Below the pieces are notes generated by a model, which worked only from the letters and a program-made list of their open reading frames with translations, was not told the DNA's origin and made no database searches. The translations under genes were made by a program, and so were the position numbers. DNA of 64,000 bases from Monocercomonoides exilis PA203 (Eukaryota; Protista; Preaxostyla), in NCBI GenBank assembly GCA_001643675.2, contig LSRY02000027.1:930001-994000 (forward strand). The letters are read 5' to 3'. Below, piece after piece: positions 33,894 to 45,448 of the stretch; the first letter of the stretch is position 1, and every line of letters starts with the position of its first letter.

Positions 33894-36800
33894 ATGTACA
33901 GAAGTCAAACACAGTTTTTACACCCAGAAAACAACAAAACAATAGCAGAAAAGGGGAATCCTTCGTTTGACACACATTTCATTTTTTTGACAATATTTCA
34001 TAACTATCAAAACAAAATGATGCATAAAACATTAGAAATTCACTTGGAAAACTTCAGAAACCAAGACCAGTTTGGATGGAATTACAGGAAAGTCGAACAA
34101 AAGCTGAAGAACTCGAAGTTTGCGAAAAATATTGATTAATTATTCATTTCATGAATAAATTTAGGAAACTTTGAAAAGTTTGAAGCTTGAATTGGCTGCA
34201 AAACAGGAAGAGCATCAAGAAATTTATTCAGAATATTCGAATAAAAAGGAATCATTAGCGAGACTTGAATGTTCAATGAAAGGTTTCTATAACTTTGTAA
34301 AAACGTCTAAGAATCTTTCATACTGTGCTGGAAACAAAACTTTTTTAACAGAAACCACGTCCAAACTTAGAAAACAAATAAATGATTTTGAATTGATGCT
34401 TTCTCTGCAACTGTCTTCCATATCAAAAGAGCAGAAAAAGTCACAGATTATGAAATCGGCAATTTCAAATATTATTGGAAGCGGTCAAGAATGTTTGATT
34501 AATTCATATTATGTATTTTTCAACATAAGTTTTTGGATATATTTTTGAACATTCGAAAATTGTTATCATGCAATACAGATACTTGTGAACAAGCGGAAAA
34601 TGACATTTCGAGAAAACAAAGAGAAATAAAAGAAATGGATGTATGCAAAATTAGTTTCTAATGCATTTATTAGGTCATATTTTTTTAAAACATTAGGCGC
34701 TTATTATGTCGCTCGACAAAGAAGTGTCAGAGCAGCTTTCTAATTTGAATAATATTTCGACTTCAATGGAGCATCTTCTTTCTTCTTCTTCTTCATTGGA
34801 TAAACTTTCGCCATATTGCTTTGAGCAGCAAAGGTCATTATTGACTAACAATCAAGAAAGTGTTTCCCCGTCTTTGAAAGATGACAAATCTTGTTCTGTG
34901 ACTTTATTCTCTGATGATAAGGAAGGAATGAAGAGAAGACTAACAGATGAACAAACAGAACGAACTGAAAGTTTCGAAGCAGTCGAAAGAAGAGACGAAA
35001 GCAATGACAGTAAAAGAATGAGAAAACAAGAGCAGAATGAATATCTGTCATTTAATGTGAATCCAATCAATGAAGGAGATAATTCTATTTTGCCTGGTGT
35101 GATTGTTTATGAGAGTGTTTGCAAAGAGAAATGCAATGTGGAAGAAGAAGAAGAAGAAGAAGAAGAAGAAGAAGAAGAAGAAGAAGAAGAAAAAGAGAGA
35201 ATGATGAAAGAAAAGGAAAGTGAAAAGGAAGAAGAAGAACGAGCAAGAAAAGAAGAAGAAGAGAAACAAAAAATAGAAGAAGAAAGAAAGAAGAAAGCCA
35301 TTTCGACAATCGAAGACTTTATGATTTGCAGAAAGAAAATGATTGAAGCCAAATTATTGCTTAATTGCCTGAGAGAAGAGAAAAAGGAGGAAGAGGAAGA
35401 GAGATTGAAAAAAGAGGAAGAGGAGAGAATAAAAAGAGAAGAAGAAGAACGATTGAGAAAAGAAGAAGAGGAGGAGAGAATAAAGAAGGAGGAGGAAGAG
35501 CGATTGAAGAGAGAAGAAGAGGAAAAGAAGAGGAAAGAGGAAGAGGAAGAAAGAATAAAACGAGAAGAAGAAAGGAAGAAGGAGGAACAGGAAATGGCAC
35601 AGCAAGAAGAAACCAACAAAATGAATGAAGAAGAAGAAAGGCTATTAAAGGAAGAAGAAGAAAGGGTGGGAAAAGAAATGGAAGAAGAGAAAAGAAGAAA
35701 AGAAGAAGAGGAGGAAAGAGAGAGAGAAAGACAACAGGAAGAAGAAAGGCGAAGAAAAGAAGAAGAAGAAGAAAGAAGAAGAATAGAATTGCTTGAAGAA
35801 ATAAAGTTGATGGAGAAAGAAGAGAATGAAGTTAAACAAAGAGAAGAAATTGAAGCTTTGAGAAGAGCGGAAGAATTAAGAGCAAAAGAAGAAGAGCGAA
35901 TCAGAAAGGAAGAAGAAGAAAGGTTAAGAATAGAAGAGGAGGAAGAAAAGAGGAGAAGAGAAGAAGAAGAACGATTAATTCGAGAAGAGGAAGAGAAGAG
36001 GAAGAGGGAGGAGGAGGAAGAAGAGAGAATCAGAAAAGAGGAAGAGGAAAGGAAGAGGAAAGAGGATGAAGAAAGATTAAGAAGAGAAGAAGAGGAAAGA
36101 ATTAAAAGGGAAGAAGAAGAAAGGATGAGAAAAGAGGAAGAAGAGAGAAGAAGAAGGGAAGAAGAGGAGCAGTTACAAAGAGAAGAGGAAGAAAGAATCA
36201 AAAGAGAGAAAGAAGAAATGTTGAAGAGGGAAGAGGAAGAGAGAATAAGGTTAGAGGAGGAGGAGAAGGAAAGAAAAAGAAAGGAAGAAGAAGAAAGATT
36301 GCAAAGAGAAGAAGAAGAGAGGAAGATGAAAGAAGAAGAAGAGAGAATAAAGAGAGAAGAGGAGGAAATGCTGAAACGAGAAGAAGAAGAGAGAAAGAGA
36401 AGAGAGGAGGAAGAAGAAAGATTAAGAGTGGAAGAGGAAGAACGAATTAGAAAAGAAGAAGAAGAACGATTAAGAAAAGAAGAAGAAGAAAGGCTGAAAA
36501 GGGAAGAAGAGGAAAGGGTGAAAAGAGAAGAAGAAGAACGAATTCTGATGGAAGAAGAGAGATTGAGAAAAGAAGAAGAAGAGAGAATTAAGAGAGAGGA
36601 AGAAGAACGAATCAGAAAAGAAGAGGAAGAAAGGTTAAGACGAGAAGAAGAGGAACGATTGAGAAAGGAAGAAGAGGAACGGATAAGAAGAGAAGAGGAG
36701 GAAAAGAAGAAGACGAAGGCAATTTCGACGATTGAAGAATTTTTGATATGCAGAAAGCAAATGATGGAAGCCAAATTGTTGCTTAATTGCCTGAGAGAAG

Positions 36801-38797
36801 AGAAAAAGAAGGAAGAAGAACGAATTGAGAGAGAAGAAGAAGAAAGAAAACGAAAGGAAGAGGAAGAACGAATCAAAAGAGAGGAAGAAGAGAGAATGAA
36901 GCGAGAAGAAGAGGAGAAAGAGAGAAAGAGGAAAGAGGAAGAAGAGCAATTGAGAAAGGAAGAGGAAGAGAAACTGAGAAGAGAGGAAGAAGAACGATTA
37001 AGAAAAGAAGAAGAGGAGCTGAAGAGGAGAAGAGAGGAAGAGGAAGAAAGAATGAGGAAGGAGGAAGAAGAAAACAGAAGAAGAGAAGAAGAAATGATAA
37101 GAGCATTGGAGTTAGAAGAGAAAACGAGGCAAAAAGAAATCGAAGAAAGAAAAAGAAGAGAAGAAGAACTTGCTTTGATGGAAGAGAACGAAAGAATCCA
37201 AAGAGAAGAGGAAGAAAGAAAAAGGAGAGAAGAGGAAGAGGAAAGAATGAGAAAGGAAGAAGAAGAAAGAAGAAGAAAGGAAGAAGAAGAGAGGAGGAGA
37301 CAAGAAGAAGAAGAAGAAGAAGAAGAAGAAGAAGAAGAAGAAGAAGAAGAGAGAAAAAGGAAAGAAGCAGAAGAGGAGCAAAGAAGGAAAGAGGAGGAGG
37401 AAGAAGAAGGAAGAAGAATGAAAGAGGAAGAAGAACGCTTGAAAAGAGAAGAAGAAGAAAGATTAATGAGAGAAGAAGAGGAGGAGCGAATCAAGAAGGA
37501 GGAAGAAGAAAGATTGAGGCGAGAAGAAGAGGAAAGAATAAGAAAAGAGGAAGAAGAACGTATTGAGAGAGAAAAAGAAGAAAGAATTCAAATAGAAGAG
37601 GAAGAGAAACAAAGAATTGAGAGAGAGGAACGAATTAAAAAGGAGGAAGAAGAGGAAAAGAAGAAGAAGGCAATTTCGACAATTGAAGAATTTTTGATAT
37701 GCAGAAAGCAAATGATGGAAGCCAAATTGTTGCTTAATTGCCTGAGAGAAGAGAAAAAGAAGGAAGAAGAAGAAGAGAGATTGAGAAAAGAGGAGGAGGA
37801 AAGAGAACTAAAGGAGAAGGAAGAGCTAATAAAGAAAGAGGAGGAGGAGGAGAAGAGGAAAGAAGAAGAGGAAGAAAGAAGAACTGAAGAAGGAAACATG
37901 ATGAAGAGAGAAGAAGATGAAATGATTATTAGGAATAAAGAAGAAGAGAAGAGAAGAGAGGAAGAGAGAAGAAAGAAAGAAGAAGAAGAAGAAGAAAGTT
38001 TGAAGAAGGAAGTAGAAGAAAAGAAAAAGAAAGAGGTAGATGAAATAAAAAGTGAAGAAGAAGATGGAAAACTTAAAGAAAATGAACAAAATACGAAGGA
38101 AGAAGATGAAAAACAGAGAAAAGAGGAAGAGGAAGAAGAGGAAGAAAAGAAAGAGGAAAAAAGCAAAGAAAACACTACAATCATTTCAACTCCACCACGT
38201 TCATTCAGCCCATCTCCTTTTGACTCGCCTTACAATTCGTCTTGTGGGCTTCTGTTGTGTTCTTCGCTTCTTCCGCTTGTGATGAGCAGATTGCAAGAGA
38301 CAAGGAGCAAAACAGAAAAGAATGTCAATTCTGAAAAGAAAGAGGAGATTCAAAGCAAGAAGACAGCAGCAGCAGAAACAACAACAACAACAACAGATGA
38401 AACACAGGAACAAACAGAAAAATCATTGAAAATTTTATTTTTGAATGAGAAAGAAGAGAAAGATGATTTGAATTCAGTTGAAGATATTGAAGAAAAAGCT
38501 GCATTACCAGCAATTAAAGAAAATAAAGTAATCAAATGCATAGGTAATGTTGATGATGATGATAACGATGATGCATTTTCAATGAAGCCAGAAAAGAAGC
38601 AGAGTCCAGCGCGTATTTGGAGAATGAATCGCTTGAAGATAATCGAAGAAAGAAGAAAATCGCAGAAAAAGATGTTTTTCAGTGAGTTTGAAAACATAGA
38701 GGAAGAAGAATATAATTTTGTTATGAATACAAAAGGAATCAAAAGGAGAAAGTTGAACGAGAGCGAAGAAAACGATGGAAGCAATGAAACAAAATGA
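33894..38797 (+). CDS. Long ER/K-rich coiled-coil / single-alpha-helix protein with three IQ-like motifs; several short 5' exons
   Basis: Main ORF 34706-38797 of EEEERxRK repeats. Upstream exons splice in frame (MYRSQ...NPS|NSLGKLQKPRPVWMELQESRTKAEELE|ETLKSLKLEL) through GT-AG introns. Confidence 0.8.
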
Positions 38798-39505
38798 AAC
38801 AATATGAATCGAAATTGAAGGATGAGATTAAGATCAAATGAATACTTAAAGTCCATAAATTGATAACACGTCATTCACTTCATGATATTCAATTTGAGTA
38901 TGTGCGAGATACTCAATATTTCACTTCAAAACGGACAAAGCTTTATTCAAAACTGTTTAACTTAGATTTTGATTAAAGCATATACATTTCAACATTTTTT
39001 TGTTTTATTGAAATTATTTTTATTTATTTATTTATTTTGCTTTTTTTCAATATGAAAATTTCATTCAGATGTTTTTAATAGCGAACAATAATGTTCATTT
39101 AAATTCCATACCGTATTCATATATTTCCCTCTAATGCTTATATCCAAAGAAAAGAAGAAGAAGAACGGTAACAATTTCATTAATTACATACACACTAAAA
39201 ATGATAAAAAAAAAACGCATTATGAAGAAGAAGAAGCTGAACTCGCATAACAACAACAAAGAAGGATGAAATGATGCACATCAATGAGCTCACAAAGATT
39301 AAACATGAAATGATGAAGTGAAATGTAGTTATGAAATGCAACTGATGTGAAAATGCTTGAAAATGCTAAAAAAAGCTTGCGCAATTCAAAGAAATTCACA
39401 CAGACAAGTTTAGCATGACTTCAGATATTTCATTTTTTTTGTTCCAATTCATATTTTTTTTAAAAAGAAAATTAATTTGAAAACATAAGCATTTTTTATA
39501 CTTGT

Positions 39506-40885
39506 TCACCAATCCTCGTCTTCCTTTCTCCCTGTGAACAGCCACTTCAGATTGCCTGCAATGGAGCAGATAACGATCGTGTCTCCACGCAGGCCTGGGT
39601 GGAGGCACTGGTACGCCTTCAGCAGCATCACGCCTTCATTCACACTCTGAGACCAGATGTGAAGCACTTGCCTTTCCCATTTGTCGCCATCTCCCACGCC
39701 GAGTGAAGAGACTCGAATGCCAAAGAGCTTTTTTTGCATCAGAGAGACGGCCATTTCTTCGGTGAAGTCTTCGGGTCGGGGGTGGCCTGGAATTTGGAAA
39801 GAGGAAAGAGGAAAGAATATAGTGAAGGAAAAGGATAAGAATTGGAAAGGAAAAATTAATTATAAATTTGATAGATGAATTGTCGAGCTGAATAATATTG
39901 CTTCTTATTAATGATGAAAAATATTTTTTTTTTCCCACAAAAAGAAAGAAGAAGAAAATAAAAGAAAATCTTTTCAGTAAAAATTCATATTTTTCCCCCT
40001 CTAGCATTCAAACCAACAGCACGAGTCACCGAAACGCCAAGTCTGTGTCCAGCAATAGTGCAAAGATAATCTGTCTTCTTCCAGTTTTGATTAATGTACT
40101 TAATTTCCATCTCAGCTTTTTCAAGCTTCGCAGAAAAAAGCCGATGAAGCACGTCAAACGACACTGCCTCTGATTTGTCGCTGCTGCCTCCTGCATTCTC
40201 CAAAGAAAGCATTTTCATTGCAGATCTTCAAAGGTGTTAAAAAAGGTTGTTATGGAGAAAATAATGAAAATTTGAAAAATAATAATTAATTTTGCATAAT
40301 ATTGAAAAAATGATGTTGCATACAAAGAGAAAGTGAATCTGTGGAATGGAGCAGTTGCTTCAAACAAATTGAAGAAAAAGAAAGAAGTTCCTTTCTCGGA
40401 AAGACAATCTTCAAATGAAAGCAAATCATGCTTTTTCATTACGAGAGTATAATCACTATTTAATATCAATCAAAATTTCAAGATATTTTGTCAGATAGAA
40501 AAATAACACACAAATTTGATAAAATATAAAGGTCGCTTGGAAGAATGTGTGACTCCTCTTTTTTTTCATCGAATTCTTCAATATCTTCTATGTCAAAAGA
40601 GGTCTTTGCCCAACATGCGCATCGTTGATGCTTCCTTAATGGCAAGAGAGATGTAGAATCTTTCGAAAAGTGAGATGAAAGTTCATGAAAATCTTTGAGT
40701 TCAGATAAAAAGTTATCTTCTGATTCTTTCCATTCGAAGACATGCTTATAGCAAGGCTTCGCTTGATTTATGCATGAATCAGTTTTTGCATCAGAATTAT
40801 ACGTTGATTTATATGAATTTTGTGAACAACAATAAATAGAAGATGCATTTAAAGGAATTCTCGACGACAAGACGTCATCATTCAT
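39506..40885 (-). CDS. AAC4-like protein (family of Dictyostelium 'AAC-rich mRNA clone AAC4 protein'), multi-exon
   Basis: Motifs NAGGSSDKSEAVSFDVL, EMEIKY, KTDY, LGVSVTRA, LMQKKLFGI and WERQVLHIW across exons 39985-40218 and 39506-39754. Recognised from memory of the family consensus. Confidence 0.75.
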
Positions 40886-41145
40886 TGCTAAAATTTCTGT
40901 GTTTTTTTCAAAAGAGATATAATTGGTTTCAAATCAAAATCACAAAAAGTTAAAAAATCAAGCAATTATTATGGCAGATCGTTTTTTGACAATTCAGAAT
41001 TACACAAAAAGTAATCTTGAGGATTATTCTTTTAATCTGCGTTTTATATTGACGATGGATATTTTATCCCAATAAAAAATTTTTGAGATTGGGGATAGTC
41101 TAACTCGTGGTTGAAAGTTTACGATTGGCTATATTCCACTTACTA

Positions 41146-43518
41146 ATGTCTGAAATCAATCCATCTGCTTCTAAAAGTATTGAAAGCGATAAGCCATTTT
41201 CAAATACAAGATTATCAAAGGATAAAGCCCAAGATAAATCCACTGTTCATTTCGAAACTGATCAAGGCACTTTTTCAATGGACAAAGAGAAAAGGACACA
41301 AACAATTGATCATAGATCCAGTGCCGTTGATGGACAATCTGAAGATAAGGGCGACAACTCACTTTTGCCAAACATGGATTATACGAGGATGCTACGAAGC
41401 AAAACTTCTGAAAAGATCAATGAAGCAATTGGAGGGATCGAAGCACAAATTGAAGAAGAAAAAGAAGTTGCTAGAGAAGCGAAAAGTCGAAAGAAAAAAA
41501 TTGATAAAGAAAAAGAGAAAAAAAGTGCAAAAAAGCATCAAGAAAAAGACTTAAATTCGGATCAATTAGTAATTCAAGAAGAGAAGAATCAAGCTGGAAT
41601 GGAAGGGCATTTTGTTAGCGGAAATTTAGCTCTGAAAAGGGTGATTTTTCACGAAGAAGCTTTTATGACGCATGAACTGACAAAGGATTTCTGGATACGC
41701 GGATCAACAGAAGACAGAGCAAAAATGTGCGAGTTAAGAGAAAAAGAAATAATAAAAGAAGAAGAAGAGAAAAGCATAAATGAAGCAGAAAGACTTAAAA
41801 TAAAGAAAAATAGGAAGGATATCATTCAAAAAGAAACCGAACAGTGGTTTGCGGATTTGTATGAAAGACGAAGCAAGAAGCAAAAAAGAAATAAAATCAA
41901 CGAGATATATTTTGTTAGGCCTCAAAGGAGGAAAAAATCTGTTGAAGATAAAACAAGCGTATTTGTTGAAAAGGAGAAGATAGGAGAAGATGGAAACGAA
42001 CAGTTAGCCGGAAGCAATGTTAAAGCTCGGAATCTCAATGAAGAGCAACAAAAGACATTAGAAGCAAATTCCGATGAATCCACGCTGAAGACAGATGCAT
42101 GTGGAGAAGATGCAAATGGCAAAAGTGGTGTGAGTGACGAGTATATTTTATGCCACAAAACGAATATTGAGACGAATGTTGGAGATTCTTTAGCGAAATA
42201 CGAAGAACAACTAAGCAACGAAGCCGGTGAAACAGACCCACTCAACATATATGAATTTGAAATGAAGCTTGAAAATGACAGCAAGATTGAAAGTTCCAGT
42301 AGTGAAACTTGCAAAGATGCCAAGTGCGCTGAAAAAGCGGCAAAACAACCGATTTCAAACGCTCCGCCAGACGAAGCTAAGTCAAATGGGAGCATCAAAT
42401 TTTGTGTCGATCGGCAGTTTCTCAGAGAAAGCAACCTTGGACTCGATCCTTGTTCTCTTTTTTCCTCTTTCTCAGCAACTTCTTCATCGCATGAGATTTC
42501 TTCTCCAAATGTTCATTTCCCTCTTCCAGAGGCTGTTGATCTGCACGACCCAGAACTGCCTGAGTATTTGTTCCCCGCCACACCTCCTTCGCAGTATCCT
42601 CTTATCTTCTCTGACGCGCGTCTTTCGCATTTGCCTGTGAATATGTTCATTCGGTGGCTGTCGAATGCAACTATGGCTGTTAGCAATTCCCTGTCTCAAT
42701 CTTCCAATTCAACCCCAACAGCAGCATCGCCTTCTTTGTCTCCTCCGCCACCCCTTTCTTCTTCTTCTTCTTCTTCTTCTTCTTCTTCTTCTTCTTCTTC
42801 TTCTTCTTCTTCTTCTTCTTCTTCTTCTTCTTTGTCTTCATCTTCATTATCATTTCCCTCGTCTTCATTTAATTCTTCATCGTTATTATCATCGCCATCG
42901 CTATCGCCATCGCTTTCATCATCATCATCTTCTTCTTCAGCTGCTGTTGCAACACCTCCCGGCATTCCGTCGTGTGTGCCTTCGGATTTATCTGTTTCTG
43001 ATATGTCATCTGAAATATTTTCCCATCGTCCTTTCAGCGAAGCTGATCTGACGAACCACTTTGATATTCCCTCAGCCATTTCTCATCCTCTTTCGTTTGC
43101 TTATCGGCCTTTAAATTCATTCAGTGTGGCAGATTCGTTGGGGCTGCTGATGAAGGCTGATGAGCAAGAAGAAGAAAAAGAAGAAAAAGAGGAAGAGGAA
43201 GAAAAAGAAAAAGAAAAAGAAAAAGAGGAGGAAGAGGAGAAGGAAGAGGAAGAAGAGGAAGAGGAAGAGGAAGATGGCGAGGGTGAAGCAACTTCTTCGC
43301 CTGGCTTGCTCTTCAAAGAGCAGCCATTGAGCTGCGGTTCAGCTGAACAACGGACACGTTTTTCGCATTCTCCCTCATCTGTTTGTGATTCAACTATTAA
43401 TGAAAACCTTCTTTTGCGCGATTTGCTTTGCGATTCGTATGCATCTCATTCTCTCAAACTTGCGTTTCCCTCACAACAACTTTATGCGAACTGGTTTTAT
43501 TGGCAATTTTGCATTTGA
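41146..43518 (+). CDS. Hypothetical protein; charged N-terminal half, poly-Ser and poly-Glu tracts
   Basis: 790-codon ORF from ATG 41146, divergent from the AAC4-like gene; no domain recognised. Confidence 0.75.
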   Translation: MSEINPSASKSIESDKPFSNTRLSKDKAQDKSTVHFETDQGTFSMDKEKRTQTIDHRSSAVDGQSEDKGDNSLLPNMDYTRMLRSKTSEKINEAIGGIEAQIEEEKEVAREAKSRKKKIDKEKEKKSAKKHQEKDLNSDQLVIQEEKNQAGMEGHFVSGNLALKRVIFHEEAFMTHELTKDFWIRGSTEDRAKMCELREKEIIKEEEEKSINEAERLKIKKNRKDIIQKETEQWFADLYERRSKKQKRNKINEIYFVRPQRRKKSVEDKTSVFVEKEKIGEDGNEQLAGSNVKARNLNEEQQKTLEANSDESTLKTDACGEDANGKSGVSDEYILCHKTNIETNVGDSLAKYEEQLSNEAGETDPLNIYEFEMKLENDSKIESSSSETCKDAKCAEKAAKQPISNAPPDEAKSNGSIKFCVDRQFLRESNLGLDPCSLFSSFSATSSSHEISSPNVHFPLPEAVDLHDPELPEYLFPATPPSQYPLIFSDARLSHLPVNMFIRWLSNATMAVSNSLSQSSNSTPTAASPSLSPPPPLSSSSSSSSSSSSSSSSSSSSSSSSSLSSSSLSFPSSSFNSSSLLSSPSLSPSLSSSSSSSSAAVATPPGIPSCVPSDLSVSDMSSEIFSHRPFSEADLTNHFDIPSAISHPLSFAYRPLNSFSVADSLGLLMKADEQEEEKEEKEEEEEKEKEKEKEEEEEKEEEEEEEEEEDGEGEATSSPGLLFKEQPLSCGSAEQRTRFSHSPSSVCDSTINENLLLRDLLCDSYASHSLKLAFPSQQLYANWFYWQFCI

Positions 43519-45448
43519 CGAATAAATTTGTATTCTTTTCGGAACTGTTTTATTAGCATGGTTAATATTTATTTTGTTTATTTTGTTTATTTTCTTTATT
43601 TTATTTATTTTATTTATTTTATTTATTTTGTTCATTTTGTTCATTTGTTCATTTGTTTGTTTGTGATATTCAATCTTTGTTCAATTCACATTTATTTTGT
43701 TAGCATTTGTGTACTCTTTTCGGATTAGTTTATTTGATGTATATATTTGCATATCAAAGCTTGTTGTGTCTGATTCTTTATTCATTCAAAAAAATAATTA
43801 ATTATTTTATTTAAAAAAAAAAGGAATTACAATTTAAATTTGATTTCAAGAAAGCCGAATGCAATTACAAACATATACCTTCTTGTTTTTATTTTGCTTG
43901 CTTGAGCAAGAACATAGTTTTTTCAAATAAATATTTTTTATTTTAAGAGCCTTTTTTATCTTTATCAATTTTCATCACACACAATTGTTTTTAAAAATAA
44001 AATGTTTATTTTTCTTTTTTTATCTTTTCAAAAAAAAGAATGAATGCTAATAATTATTAAGATTTTGCTTTTAAACAGTTTTTTTTTCCAATTTTGAAGC
44101 AAAACTATTAATGGGTCAGTTATTAATCATTCTCCTCTAATTATAAAAAGGATAAAAATATTCATATCCTTAAATAACTGTTTTGCACTTTGAATGAACA
44201 CACATGTATCTTTTCGAACTTTTTTTTTTCCAAAAGGAAAAACTTCTCATTGCAATTCATATTTCATTATTCTCCAAAAATTATTCTAAATGAGAATTTT
44301 TGATGCTTAATAAATAATTATTGCGTTTGAAATGAAAAAATTTTCAATTATAATAAAAATTTTTGCATTCGAAAAGAAGATATCTTTTGAATTCATTGGA
44401 ATAAATATTATTTGAATTTTTTTTAAATTTTTCAGGAATAAATAAAAAATAAAAAAAATTTTTTTTCTAACGCACATGAAAATAATAACAACAACAAATA
44501 ATTTCCGATTCAAAAGTGAAAAAATGATTATCACAAAATTCCGTTAGAGAGAGATTAAAATTATGTTTGGTTTTGAACAATTATTAATTCGAATATTAAT
44601 ATTATTATTTCGTTTGAAGAAAATATTATTTCGAATTTTTATTTTATTTTTAAAATTGCAAATATTCTCATTCTGAATAATTTTTGGTGTATTATAAAAC
44701 TTGAAAAATAAAAATTAATTCATGAAGAAACAGAAATAGAGTTCAAAGAAAATCACATTCAGTAACATCAAAAGTGTGACTAAATTTTATGCTTAATATA
44801 TTTTGTTTCGTTCTTCACTTTAAAACATTTTTCTTATTTTTATCATTTTTTCCTTTATTAATTTATTAATTTATCTATTTTATTGGACATGGGAATGAGA
44901 GACGAGTTATGAAAAATAGTATAAGTTTGGAACATATCGTTGTAACTCTCATAAATAAAGGTATTTCGCTCATTTTATTCTTAATCCACTATCAGTGCCA
45001 AAAGTTTAACAAAATTTAAAGAAACTATAATTTATTTTAATTATTCATTAAATGATTTATCACATTCTTTTTATTTAAAAATATCCAACGAGGAAAAATA
45101 TTGGGTGCGTTGAAGAGAATAATACGATAATGTATTCGATCTAAAAAATTGTTTTCAAATATAATTATATGTATTAACTAATATGAGAGCTTTCTTTCTT
45201 GCTTATCAATTGACTCATATAATTTCTTAAAATTCTGAAATAAAAAATAATGGTATATTATTGAAATTTCAAAAATGATTCATTCAATGATTTTGATTCA
45301 TTCCATATTCTTTTCAATTCTTAACATTTATTCTGACCTGAAAGTTACAATCTTTCAAATGGAAAATGAAACTTGTGAATCCAATGATTTTAAATTTTAT
45401 CACCTAACAGGAATGGGAGAATGTGAACATCAAAGTTTGATAAAATAA

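Noticed and set aside
35107-37494. 795-aa antisense Ser/Leu/Phe ORF and many short overlapping ORFs in 1-12449 and 34706-38797
   Set aside because: Shadow frames of GAA/AGA-rich sense strands, which lack stops on the reverse strand
43750-45440. Long AT-rich region upstream of receptor A, examined for repeats or RNA genes
   Set aside because: No convincing repeat, ORF or structured RNA seen by eye
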